Shown here: positions 31,501-44,800 of the stretch, piece after piece
How positions within the stretch are numbered: the stretch's first letter is position 1
How the letters are laid out: every line of letters begins with the position of its first letter
Assembly: GCA_905331295.1 (NCBI GenBank)
Contig: CAJNYD010000014.1
Coordinates: 248,001-312,000, forward strand
Reading direction: 5' to 3'
DNA length: 64,000 nucleotides
Source of the DNA: Rotaria socialis
Lineage: Eukaryota
The notes under the pieces: generated by a model
The model's database searches: none
What the model was told of the DNA's origin: nothing
What the model saw: only the letters and a program-made list of their open reading frames with translations
Position numbers and translations under genes: made by a program

Positions 31501-31708
31501 AAATAATCAAATTACGGATAGCGCAGCACACCTTTTAGGAGAAGCACTAAAACAAAATAAAGTGAATAATTATCTCAAAGTGCATTCTTTTAGCATGATT
31601 AACCCTATTCCTTTACTCTAGACGCTGCAGGTTATATATATTGGTGGCAATAAGGTCTCTGCTCCTGTACACACACGTTTGAATCAACAAGACAATCGAA
31701 TCCGTTAA
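28586..31708 (+). CDS. NLRC3/ribonuclease-inhibitor-type LRR protein, 3' part; one 28-aa LRR per 84-nt exon
   Basis: AG/GT-bounded phase-0 exons: 28586-28669 KLIQLGLYQNQIEDTGAQYLADALKTNQ, 29098-29181 SLKELHLYNNQIGDNGAQRLAEALTINK, 30692-30775 VLTQIHLYGNQIGDNGAQQLADSLKQNK, 31478-31561 SLTWLNLQNNQITDSAAHLLGEALKQNK, and terminal 31622-31708 TLQVIYIGGNKVSAPVHTRLNQQDNRIR*. AATAAA at about 31732. Not visible in the ORF track. Confidence 0.88.
29812..29897 (+). pseudogene. Degenerate LRR pseudo-exon within the LRR gene intron
   Basis: NMVFQLHMYGNKSSDNVAQYLAKFLNTR aligns with the cassette consensus. It is followed by GT but is 86 nt long (frame-breaking) with a poor pyrimidine tract. Confidence 0.7.
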
Positions 31709-34700
31709 TTTTCCTGTTTATTATATTTTGAAATAAAGCTAAAGTTTAGTTGATTGATATAAACTATCACATCTGTAACATAACTTTGAATATACTCGGT
31801 TCGGACATTAAGAATGGATCGATATGCGTAAAGACTCATCGATACTAGAGAAACACTAGCAATATGAATAGATTGATCGTCGCAGGGTCCACTGATGACT
31901 TCTTCATGCCATGATCACACAATTCAGATTAAATACTTCTACTATCTTTCATAAAAAAATATGATCTAATGGAAAAGGAATTCACGTACATAATCTTTAT
32001 TAGTGTAAGTCTTGGTCAGTTGAGTCGCTGAATAATCATAAGCTATGAATTTCTTAATTTGAAAAACATTGCTGCCTTATAATCATGCCGTTCTGTTATC
32101 AACGAAGTTGCAATTAGATCACCTACCCAAAAAAGACGAAAATAATACGCGAATCGTAGAGATTAATCAGAAATAATTTTTTCAAATGTTTTCTTGTGAA
32201 CATGCATGCAGTGTTATGGTGATAATAATCAAATTGGTGCGAAAGGGACACAGCGTCTCGCAGAAGTAATGAGGCACAAAAAATTAACTTCTTTGATTTG
32301 CTGTATATTCTTGTTATTTGTTCAGTTTCACTTTTCTTTTTGACAGACACTGACGAACTTGTACCTTCCAAAAAGCATCTCCGCTGCTACACAAGCACGG
32401 TTGAAGCAGCAAGATGGTCGAATTTCATTTCATTAACTTCTGTAGTTTTTTTCAGATGTGAATAAAATAAAATTCGTTCGATTGTTTCGTGTTGATCATA
32501 TAAATCAGTTTCTCACATCGGTCTTAAATCATTTAGTAAATATGTTGCAAACAACCATTCAAGACGGGCATAGCACTCAGTATCCACTTTCTCATAGGCA
32601 CAATCGAAAATCTATGATTGCCTTCGTTCTGTTTGAATTTCGACTACTTCATAAACTAAATAACATCGAATTCTCGGACAAATTTTCAGTCCTCGAAGAA
32701 AGGAAACTTATTGGCAAGGTACTCTGTATTATTCTTGTTGATACTGATCAGAAAAAACTTCTTGGCGCTTGGATATTTAAGCGATTTCGCACTTTTATTC
32801 CATCATCCCATAAAAGCGATGTTTATTTCATAGATGGCTTTATATACTTTTATGATTGCAACAATATTAATTGCTAGTAATTGATTGAACTCTTGAAAAA
32901 TCCTTAGTCTTTCAAACTATAGAGAGTGTGGTGGTTGTGTTTAAATCTAGCAGCTATTATCGTAATTTTGTCTCCACCAAAACGACTCACCAAACAGTTT
33001 TAATGATCCTAAAATGATCAGTAGAACAATAGTTTGCAGAATTGTTGATTCTTGAGGGTGTGGAAGTTTTTGATACTTCATCGGTTTGTCATATTGATAT
33101 GTTAACTGTTTTTTTTTTGCTCTTCTCTTTACCGAAGACATTTATCATCGGTTCTGTAAAGAATAACACACGAGTCCAGTTTTTTCTTTCATCTGTAACA
33201 TTCATTCTCAGAGAATTTTGTATAGAATTGAATGTCACGCAAACAAAACAAAAAATACATCAAGAGATTCAATTGTTCATTATTGCATTGAAACCTTAAC
33301 CCATTTAACGTTAGGCTTGACAAAGGAATATAAGTCAGAAGACATATATTATGCTGCTTATGAAGTGTCATCGATGTGCTGAACACAATCGCCATTTTTA
33401 CTTAACAACTCTGTTTCCATATCATTTAGAACTACTAACAGACAAATTTAGTTCATGATATCTGTTTCGATGAAGATGATTGAAGAAAAATTTCTTACAA
33501 TTTTTAGTGAATTCAGCAATAGATCAACAAAACAATATTCTTCTTTTATTGTAAACATTGAACTCATGTCATCATTGAAAAGTGAGATTTTTTTATTACT
33601 TGTTTAAAGATATCATTCAAAGAAAAATGGTAGCAGATTCGAAATGCTTTTGGTTTACATTGAATAGTATTTTCTTGCAAAATTTATTGGCATATCGGAA
33701 AAGTCTTAACTTTATTTTTAAAGAGTATTCTCTACAGATCTTAATGTCAATTAATTTGCGTCTACTTTGGTACACAAATACCACATCGTGACACATCATT
33801 TATCTGTGTACTTTTAAACTCTCCATTCTGGAATTAGTTTTCCAAGAAGATAGAAGGATTTTTTCATTTTATCAAAATAAAATTCTTCTACTATTCAACT
33901 GTTCGTATGAAATGTCATTTGTATCCGATAGGAAAATTAGTTCCTAGTTGATCAAATGATTCAATTTTTTTTTCAACTCATAATTTTACTTCAGGGGTGT
34001 ATTTACTGATATTTTATACCATCATAGAAATTTCGAATATGATTCATTGAAATATTGCAGTCCGTGATATCGATAATAGAGTAGGTAAAAATTAGGTTAC
34101 GTCTTCTGTTTCATATTTTTCATTCGTTTCAATGAAACAAAGCTAAAGCTGTAGTTTGTGTTTTAGTCAAAACATTGTAGAAAAAGCGTGAGATGAAATC
34201 AAAGTACATGATATTTAATATAATGCAGTAAGCAATTAAACTATTAAATATAGGACTAGGTGATTCAAGAGTCATAAGATACAGCGTCAAATTCTGAGCT
34301 GTGACAGGAAAGAAAACTAAAAGGTTATTAACTAATATTATTTTTTTACCTAATGTTTACTACAAACACATATTTCTAACAAGGAATGAAGTCAATATCT
34401 GAAAATTTTGAAACAATTGTAATTTGAATATTTCATATAGACGAAAAGAAAAGAAGGAAGCAAAGCACACATATGCACACCTATCTGTTTAGACCATTTC
34501 ATAGCTTTCTTTTTCACGATATATTTCCATTATACAACTAATCCCCAATCAACATCGTACATCGATCGTAAAACGAATGTATACACAACTAGATCGGTCC
34601 TCTCTTTTTTGTCTCTCATCTATTATATTGTGAAAGCAGATACTCATATATATACACCGCGTTGTCCTGTTCAAATAGAGGCGTTTCGTTTTCTCTTCAT

Positions 34701-34952
34701 CAAGAAACGCGGCGACATAGAAGAAAAGAAACTAATCGTCATTTTTCAATTATCACTACGAATAGATAGTATTTGCATTTGTTTATGATGTTCGTCTTGA
34801 TCAATAGTCACATCTAGCAGAGTTTTATAATTAAGGAAATACAAGAAAGAACAAAAAAACTATGCAATGGTAAGACCATTTGATTCGAGATTTATCAAAA
34901 TTTCTTGATTGGTCAACAAAGAAGAAAAAGACCAATCGTGTTGACATAAAGC

Positions 34953-34970
34953 GAGAGAGAGAGAGAGAGA
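34953..34970. repeat. (GA)n tract in the homeobox gene upstream region
   Basis: gagagagagagagagaga, preceded by an inverted pair of CCAAT motifs (gattggtc...gaccaatc). Confidence 0.6.
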
Positions 34971-35076
34971 AAAACAGAGAGAACAAGAGAGAAATGAAAA
35001 GAAAGAATCATCACCTAGTTATATACTCTCAATGGCACTAGTCGTATTTTCAATAGCATTATAAAAAAATACATAA

Positions 35077-35976
<900 letters not shown>

Positions 35977-36979
35977 TGTTTTTTCTAATTAGATTTATTA
36001 AATGGTCTGTGATAAATAAATATTGAGAGAAATAAAAAACTAAAGGAATTGCTGGTTCGCTGTGTATGCATGTATGTATGTAGTACATTGTACAATGGTT
36101 GCCTTCGAAATAAACTATTTTTTTCTCATCTATATAAGATATATTATGGGATGATTATTCCCGGAAACAATTCACATTCTTAATGAACGCTAAAGCAAAA
36201 ACAAATTGTATAAATTGACATAGGACGAGCAAGAAAATCGATCAATGCTATTTTCTAAATAAATAAACAAATGTGTTAGAAAATGAAAATTATTTTATTT
36301 TCTAACGGAAGTTGTTCGAAGAGTACGAGCTATATTTTATTGGTTATTTGATTTTAGTCCATAGAAGAATAGAAAGAGCGAAATGATCATTTGTACGTCG
36401 TTAGCAAATCCTTTGCTAAGCATCTGCAAATGTTGAATATTTGTCTATGTATACGTGCCGCAATGACTTACTATTCAATAGAGTAGAGAATATCTTGATC
36501 AATCTTTTCATTTCTTTTCCTTCTTCTAGTGCGTCTATTTATTCTCATCATAATAATGTCTAGAAGATTGACACCTTTATGTTGGATGTAATATCGGATG
36601 TTTGAGCCGATTCATTTAAATTTCTATTTTTTTCTAATTGCGATGTTATGTAATACTCAGAAAAATTACGAGGTTGTTTATTTGTCAAAATTGAAGTTGA
36701 CTTCAATTTAAAATTTTGATCAGATTTGTCTGCCAGAAAAACAAAATATTGTATTAGATGATCATCAAGAATGCACAAGCATTATTTCAACTTCTGGTCG
36801 AATTCAAAATTCTTAAATAATTAACATCACCATGAATAATTATTTTTAGTTGTCGATAAACAAATTGTTGATTTTAATTCAAGTAAAAAAAGATTGAAAC
36901 TAAACGCATATGATTTTATATTTCAATGAAAGCAATAAAAATAAACTTGTAGCAGTGATTTTAACGTGTCTTTATCGTT

Positions 36980-38388
36980 TTAGAAACAATATATGTCACA
37001 TGGTTGTCTTTCTTTTAATAATTGATAAATATTAATGAGGAAATACATTGGTACAACACCAAAGATAATACCTATTTGAATACTTAACCCATAATAAAAT
37101 AATCCGTTGTCTTTTTTCCATGCTAATTTAATTCGATTTCCACTAGCAACACGTACATAGGCAAGAATAAATGACGAAAAACACCAAGCAGCAATAATAA
37201 TGATTCCTCCATGCAATGTATCGGCCCATATTGGACAAGGACTTTGAAAAGCAACAGCAATAATAAAGGCACAAATTAAACAACCACATATTGAACTTAT
37301 AATAATCCAAAACGTTGATATTGTTGGACGTATTAAACCGTAGAGTGCAGCTAATGGATAGGATATTGGAAAAAGTATATTGCAATAATAAAATGCTTTT
37401 TGACCATACGGTAATAGGGAATAAGTAACTAATGTTGGTAAACAACCAAATACAAAAGCAGAATTAACAACATTAGATGTTTGAAGGATAAAAAATTCCT
37501 TTTGTGTCATTGAATTTGGTGCTGATAAGGATCTTTTTTCTGATTCTGAACTATTTTCTTTTGTTACTAATAATTTCTCATAGCTTTCTATAGAAGTTTG
37601 TTGACAATGTTGATCATCAGCATTAGCCAATTTCATAATTGATGTAAATCGAAGCGCCATAAACGATATTAGCGACAGAGCTATAATACCAGAAATGAGA
37701 AAGAAAAATGTTGAAACGCTAAAACGAGGTTCAGAATAAATAGGCTGAACATGTAATGTAACATTGTTCATTATACATTGAGCTTCACCGCCGACACCTT
37801 GCGCTAGTGCAATGAATATTGGCAAAATACCTGTTAAACTTTCACCAAAAAATTTTGCATGTAAATATTTTGCTTTAAAATGTCTCATATAATCACAAAA
37901 AACCAATGATGACGTGCAATCAAGCATTGCTAAAGCAAATACTGCACCTATCAGTGAAACACTACGTTCTGCGCCAAAAAAACATGTTGTATAATCCCAG
38001 AATAAACCAATTGAACAACACGCAATGATGCCAACAATTATGATTATATAAATATAAGGAATTTCAGAAAATCGTTTACCTAATTTCCAACGTAAAACAA
38101 CAACTATGAGTGGAAATATATTAGCAAAGCTTATAACCAACGATAATGTTGATGGTAGTGTCCAGCGTTCAGGAGCGCTATTAATTATTAATGGTAATTC
38201 AATCCAAACACTATTTAAGTCTATCCAAGTGCTTAGATTAAATATTATTATCAGAATATAACAGATATTTTCTGCCCATTTAGAAGACTTTGTATTTGAA
38301 CTAGGCAAAATGAAATAATAATGCAAATGAACTACGATAGATTTATATACGTGTACTTAATTGGCATGGGTAAATTATTCTGATCCAT
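36980..38388 (-). CDS. SLC52A3: SLC52 riboflavin transporter
   Basis: WIDLNSVWIELP...APERWTLPS, LDCTSSL, FFGESLTG..P..IALAQGVG, PRFSVS.FF, YSLLPYG, QSPCP motifs. A short first exon MDQNNLPMPI splices in frame to one large exon starting at about 38300. Family is secure, paralog name is not. Confidence 0.88.
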
Positions 38389-39251
38389 TATTTGATGAAA
38401 AATATATACTGATGAATGTGAGGAGAGATAAATCGTTTGGTTCTATTTTTATATGTAAGAAGTAATAAATGTTATCAATTCCATCGGTAACATCAATCGA
38501 TATATCGAGAGACGACAAATAGAAAGCAATCAAAAAGAAAAGAACTTTTACTTCAATTCATTATGTTTTCCTTTTTGGTAAACAAAGTGCAATATGCAAC
38601 CTTTACTTGATCAGTTGATTTTTATGAAATCGTAATAAACTATATGTTAATCGGTATTTACTTTGTTCGATTTATTTTTTATCTAAATTCAGAGAACTTT
38701 ACCAAAAATGTACTCACATTTCATTCATGACCGGATATTTTCTGTGTTTTTTTTAACATGACTATTATATAATCAGCAATAGTACTTATCTAGTGAGGTC
38801 GAATAATTCGAAATAAGAAAACATGTCTTTTTTTTCCATTACATCCATGCTGTAGTTCAGAAATGTCATGTGATTTATTTATTATTTAATTGAACTTGCC
38901 GACGATTAAAAAAACGTACTTTTATTCTAATTCATTAGAGTCTTGTAATGCATTCATCATCAACTTGGTCGTTACAGTTTGTCATGGAAATATTTTGTTT
39001 TATGAACTATTGAAAAATCCTTATGACAACATTGAAATATCTTTATATCTTTATATATGTGATCTCTATTGTCTATGAACGCAAAAATACAAACAGGTAT
39101 TTTTTGGCAAATAAAATAAAGAACAAAATTAGTAAAAGATTTCGAAAGAAGGAAAAAAGATATTCATTAAAATTATTTTCATTTTCTTTTTCTTTGTATT
39201 AAAAAGAGTTCATAAATAACATCAATAGAGATTCTAAAACATTGCAAATTT

Positions 39252-40332
39252 TTATATATTCCACCAACATATTAAAGCTACAGATAAAAATAAGTACCAT
39301 TGAATGATAAATCGATTTGATGCTGCATAAAGAGCTTCACCATTATAAAATTGTCGTGCAGTCATTCGACAGCGCACATCAGTCAAAGCATTTTCACAAC
39401 CGTAAAAACCACCTGAAAAAAAATGATATGAATGTAGATTGAAAAGGTAAATAATGCATTTACCATGACAATGCAAATTTGCTTGTTTCATAATATATTC
39501 CATAAAATTTGAAAGTTGTTCAACATCATCTCGAACTTCACTTATCGAACAATTTGTTATATGTTTACCGGCACATTGAATGTAATCGGTTACTTGTTTA
39601 CACCATTGAATTTTTTCTTGGACAGACCAACCAATTTCAAATTTAAGTCTATCTTCTAATATATCATTGCATTCCTTTCCGGCCTATATCGCAATTGTAT
39701 AATTGTTATTATGTTTGAAATTTTATATTTACTAACTTCTTCGACTTCACATGGGGCTATCGTTGATGATGTCGATGTTGTTGTTGTCGTTGTTTTAGCT
39801 GGTGATAGGGTTGTAGTTTTACATTTATATTGAATAATTGTCGTAGCACCAAGACCAGCACAATATCTACCTAATCGCCAACCCTAATGAAACATGAGAT
39901 ATATGTGCAAATAGGGCAAAAATCTGAGTTGGTAAAAAAATCTTACATTTTGTTGGAGACCAACTTCAAAAGCAGCTAATGCACCTGTGTGTTCACTTTT
40001 TAGATCACAACAATGAAGTTGTTTATTAACGCATTCTGCATATTTTTTTCCTTGATCACAAAATTGAAAAAGTTGTTCACGTGTATAGAGATCATATTTG
40101 AACTAAAATAAAATTGAAGACAAAATTCATAGAAATTAGAAATAAAACAACGTAAATCTCATACAATATCTTCATCATCAGCGGTTGGTGGTTGGGGACA
40201 TTCAGATGCTTTCCATATATTACAACTATTCGCTAGTGGTATAAGTGAAAACAATAGAATAACTAATAGCAGAGATAGATAACGATGTTTAGTAAGTAAC
40301 ATTATTTGAACAAGTGAAATATGTGACGACAT
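39252..40332 (-). CDS. Orphan secreted/GPI-like protein with two Cys-rich helical domains and a Thr-rich linker, 5 exons
   Basis: Signal peptide ...LLLVILLFSLIPLANS, then CNIWKASEC...FCDQGKKYAECVNKQLHCC...YC; linker TTTLSPAKTTTTTSTSST; then CEVEEAGKEC...WCKQVTDYIQCAGKHITNC...HC; hydrophobic tail WYLFLSVALICWWNI. Confidence 0.75.
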
Positions 40333-41865
40333 GATTGTTGTTGTTCTTGTTCATTTCGTTTTTGATGTGTTGTTGTTAACACCTACACATGTTAATCAAT
40401 TTATAATGAGCATGTTTGTCATGCAAAGGTATTCGATGAACTCAAATCTTTGTAGGTTATAGAATTAGAAAGAATCAAGCACATAGATATCTTGTTAAAA
40501 TATTCAAATCAATTACTGCATAGTGAACACATTTTTTTAAAAGTATACTCTCAAAGAACAATGTTTTTGATACTTACCTTTTTGTCATTGTATTCGACTA
40601 GAGTTCAAAGCAATAAATGAATGAATGTTTGAAAAAAAGATGACAACCGTGAAAACGAAAGACAATAAATAAGATGACATAAGCATTTTCATGTTTAAAC
40701 AAACGACGAAAGGCAATTTCGGCTGATTAGGTAAACAATCGTTGGTTAAAGGATTGAAAGATAAGCCACTACATTGGTGAACTCTTTCGACGTAAATTCA
40801 ATAGTGAAATAATCCAGTGAGACTTGGTCATCGTCGATCAATTTAATAGTGAAAAAGAAAGAGAACCCTCGTTTAACAATTATTCAAACAATAGACATTG
40901 AAATCATGTTTTTCAAAAATATACCAATGATAATAATTCTTAAATTGACGAAGTTTTGATTGCTATTTGAATATCTTCTACAGTATTTATTTTATAAGAA
41001 TATATATATATGCAAAGAGCGTAATGTTAATTTTTTTTTTCAAAAATTCATAAATATACAGATAAAAAGCTAACGAATAATCTTATATTTTAAAAATGTT
41101 TTGCTAAATATTTCAATAGTTATTGAGCTAATTGCATATAAATTTCGATTGAATGAAATGATATTTTATCATCAATAGAAGTCTAACAAAAAAAAAAAAA
41201 ACCCCAAGCACATTGACATTCATTACTATTAGTTATGTACGAATCTTCGTTCGACGTAATGCACATTCACTAATCTCTCTTGATCCATGTTTTATAACAA
41301 GCAATTATCATTTACGCTAAGTATATATCAGATTCAATCTGGCCAGTGACTAGTTGATGTTAATTCGTGTATACTTAATTTTTTCCTTACTAATCCAAAG
41401 AAAAAGAGTATATTTGAGATGAGCTGCTTTTTCGCTCCAATGTTTTCTGAGAAATTCTGCAATATTTTATCCATCTTTATTTAGTTTTGTTTCACGTATT
41501 TTCATGATTTCATCTTTGTTCATTGAACAGGAGATTTTTCTCTACAGAGCATACATTCATACAGAGAAAAACAAAGACTGCATTACAAAAGAACATTTGG
41601 ACAAAGGGCAATAATCAAGAAACACAACCAAACACGATTAATTTGAACATGTGTGTGTGTTGCTTTGTTCTAAGAAAGAGAAGAAAAAAGAAAGAGCCAT
41701 AAATACAGGCCAACAATGAGAATATAAGAATGATTGTTTACACGCTAAAAAATATGAGAAAGAAACAATGATTAGATGGTATTGATAGTAATGTACATGA
41801 GACAAAAAGAGAGCGCGACTAGCAGCACCGATTAATTCTTGTTTTGGCAAAGAAAAAATATTTAA

Positions 41866-44800
41866 TTACACATCGGTAGTTTTAGATGATCCAGCAACAG
41901 CTACTGGTTGTTGAATTATATGTGACGATGTAGAAGAAGAGGCAGACGAAGATGAGCTTGTAGCACCGCATGATGAATCTGCTGATGGTTGTAAACCAAG
42001 ACGTTTAAGTAGTTCAATAGTTTTTTCAGGTTTTTTCATAATAGGTGGTGGAATCTTTTTACGATGAACTGGTTCAGGTGATGGACGAATTTTTTCAATA
42101 AAATGTGTTGTCGTCGTTGATGAAGAATTTGAACGCGATGTACGTGTAGAATCGTTCATGATAGTCAATTGTATTAGTGAATTGTTATTACTTTGATTCG
42201 ATTGATGAACAGGTGAACCATTTGATGACAATGGAGATTTTAATGATTGATGTTCATTTATATTATTATCAATAGATTTTGTTGATGGTGGCGTAATTAA
42301 TCCACTCGATATAGGTAAATTAAGTACGAGATCAGGCGCATCAGTTTCTTGTTGTGATGATACACGTTCTTCCTGCTGATTGCTTGTCGGTGGTACTGAA
42401 CGAAAACATTGTGCATGACATTCTTCAACAGTACGAATACCAGATAGAACTTCACGTAAGGCTGTATCAATATCAATGATTTGTTGTTCATTTGTTGATG
42501 TTAAACGTGACGATGATGATGTTGATGATCGTGAATGACAACAATCAGGTTTTGACTGTGATATTGGTGGACTTGGTGGTAGAACATCATAGATTGAACG
42601 ATGAATAGGTTTTTGACGACTTGAATTGCTCGTGTTTTCATATGTATTTTCTTGAGATTCATCAGAATCTATGTCTTCATCATCATCATCAATGTCTAAA
42701 TCAACTTCGATGATTTCGGTTTCTTTTGCTGTTTCTAGACGATGTTCATCAACAATAGATAAATCAGATGTTTGACGAGAAACAGTAGGAGCATCAAGAT
42801 GATCAATTGATGATGTTGTTAAATTAATGGAATTAAATGATGATGATGGACCGGGAATTAGATGTAGTAATGGTCGATTTTGAATTGGAGCAGACTCTCG
42901 GCGTCTATAAAAAGAAAATAGGCAATTTTTTATGTTCACAAAATTAATAATTTCATTAGCTTCAATTAAGCACGTATCAGTCCATTCAAAAAAAATGTTG
43001 ACGAGAGAACAAAGTGACCTGACAGTCAGCGTTTAAACGTACACATCAAGGTGATTCTACCAAAAACCTAAACGTTTGTCACAAGAGTCTTTAAAATCCA
43101 TTTATAATTGTTTCAATGCAGAAATCGATGACTTGAAAATACAAAGATCATAGTTTGACGCTGAAAGTTATGAACAATTTTAGATTCTGGTTAGTGTAAC
43201 CAAAATAAGCGTACAGTTACAAAAAATAGTCTCGAGTAATGCCTATTAGTTTACATGGTTTGCTGTGTCAGAAGCTGTTTTTTTTATATATTTACGATAC
43301 ATTGTACGATACTAAATGAAGAAACATATTTTCGTTATTTATTATTCATTTGTTTCAGTTAAATGGTTAGTCTCAATAGTTCACTCAGAGCTTTTGTTTT
43401 GCTCGAAATATTCTTAATAGAAATTATTTCTTTGCACATTATCATTATAGTGTTCTTTTCTCTTATACAAACCTTGTTTTCAGTTTGATGTAGCCGTCGG
43501 GAACATATCCCGACTCATTTCCACCAGCTAAACAACCTTGCCACCATTCCTGATTCATTCGTTTAAAAATATAAATAATTTGATTCTTTTTAAATGATAA
43601 TTCTTTTTCAGTTCTTCCAACATAATCAAACAATGCTATGGCTTCGATCGTCTCCACTTCTAAAGATACCAAATACGCATAAAATAAAATAAATGAATAT
43701 AATTCTATGAAGACGTCATTTAGAAAAATAAAGCATGCACGCACGCACAAACACACGCAAGGACGTGTTATATGTTTGAAAAATAAAACGGGAAATGCGG
43801 AAGACATGCTAAACATGCTCGCTCTGTCCAAGGATCCTCTGACATGAATTGCAAATAATATCTTTCTTGCTCTCAATCAACTCTGTTCTATTTTTTTCCT
43901 CATTCTTTACCAAACATCAGTCTCATTCATTAAATTTAAATCTTCAGTGCAATAATCGGAATCTTGTGAGGCTATAAATATGTTAAAAATAGAAATATAG
44001 TTATAATCAGTTGTATTTGTTTTGCTCGTTGTTCATATATTTATTCTTACCGTCATCACTTGGTGATCGTCTTAATGATCGTTCACTGATTCCTTCATCA
44101 TCTTCATCTTCTTCACCATCACTAAAATCGAAAGAAAAATTGAATTTCCAATCGAAACTTCTACTTTTCGATCTTACATCGTAACTGTAATTGCAAATTT
44201 TTCATAGACAGGTCCATGACCATCCGATGGAAATACTTCTTCATGATGTGTAATGATCGTTCGTATGAGTTCAATTGTATGTGTTAAATATTGCACTTGA
44301 TCTTTATCTTCAGGTATTGGCATTAGAGTTGGTGCTAAACAGCTAGCTAAATTAGATGCATCCATCATATTTTCATCCGAATATTCGGCAAGACTAAAAC
44401 AAAAGAATAATAAAATAGTGTTTGATCAATAGAAAATCTTCGTTTCTTACTGATTGAGAAAAGCAAAAAAATAACGCATAACAATAAAGATTGGACGAGG
44501 AAGTAGTTTCACAACTTGACATAGATTTTCAACACATTTTTCTTCAGATTCAACATCAACTAAAAAAAATTCTTTTTCTTTTTAAAAACAAAAACAAATT
44601 TCTAACTCACCAATACACGAGATAAATGAATCAAACATATCCCGAGCAAATAATGGTTCTTTTAATTCTCGAAAATATAACTTCAAAACACCAGCTACGG
44701 AATTCATATCACGTCCAGTTATATTAACTAATGGATCTTCACCTTTTTCAAATGCTTCTTTAAATTGATTGATATCAACTTGTGCGCCCGGTACGCGAAA

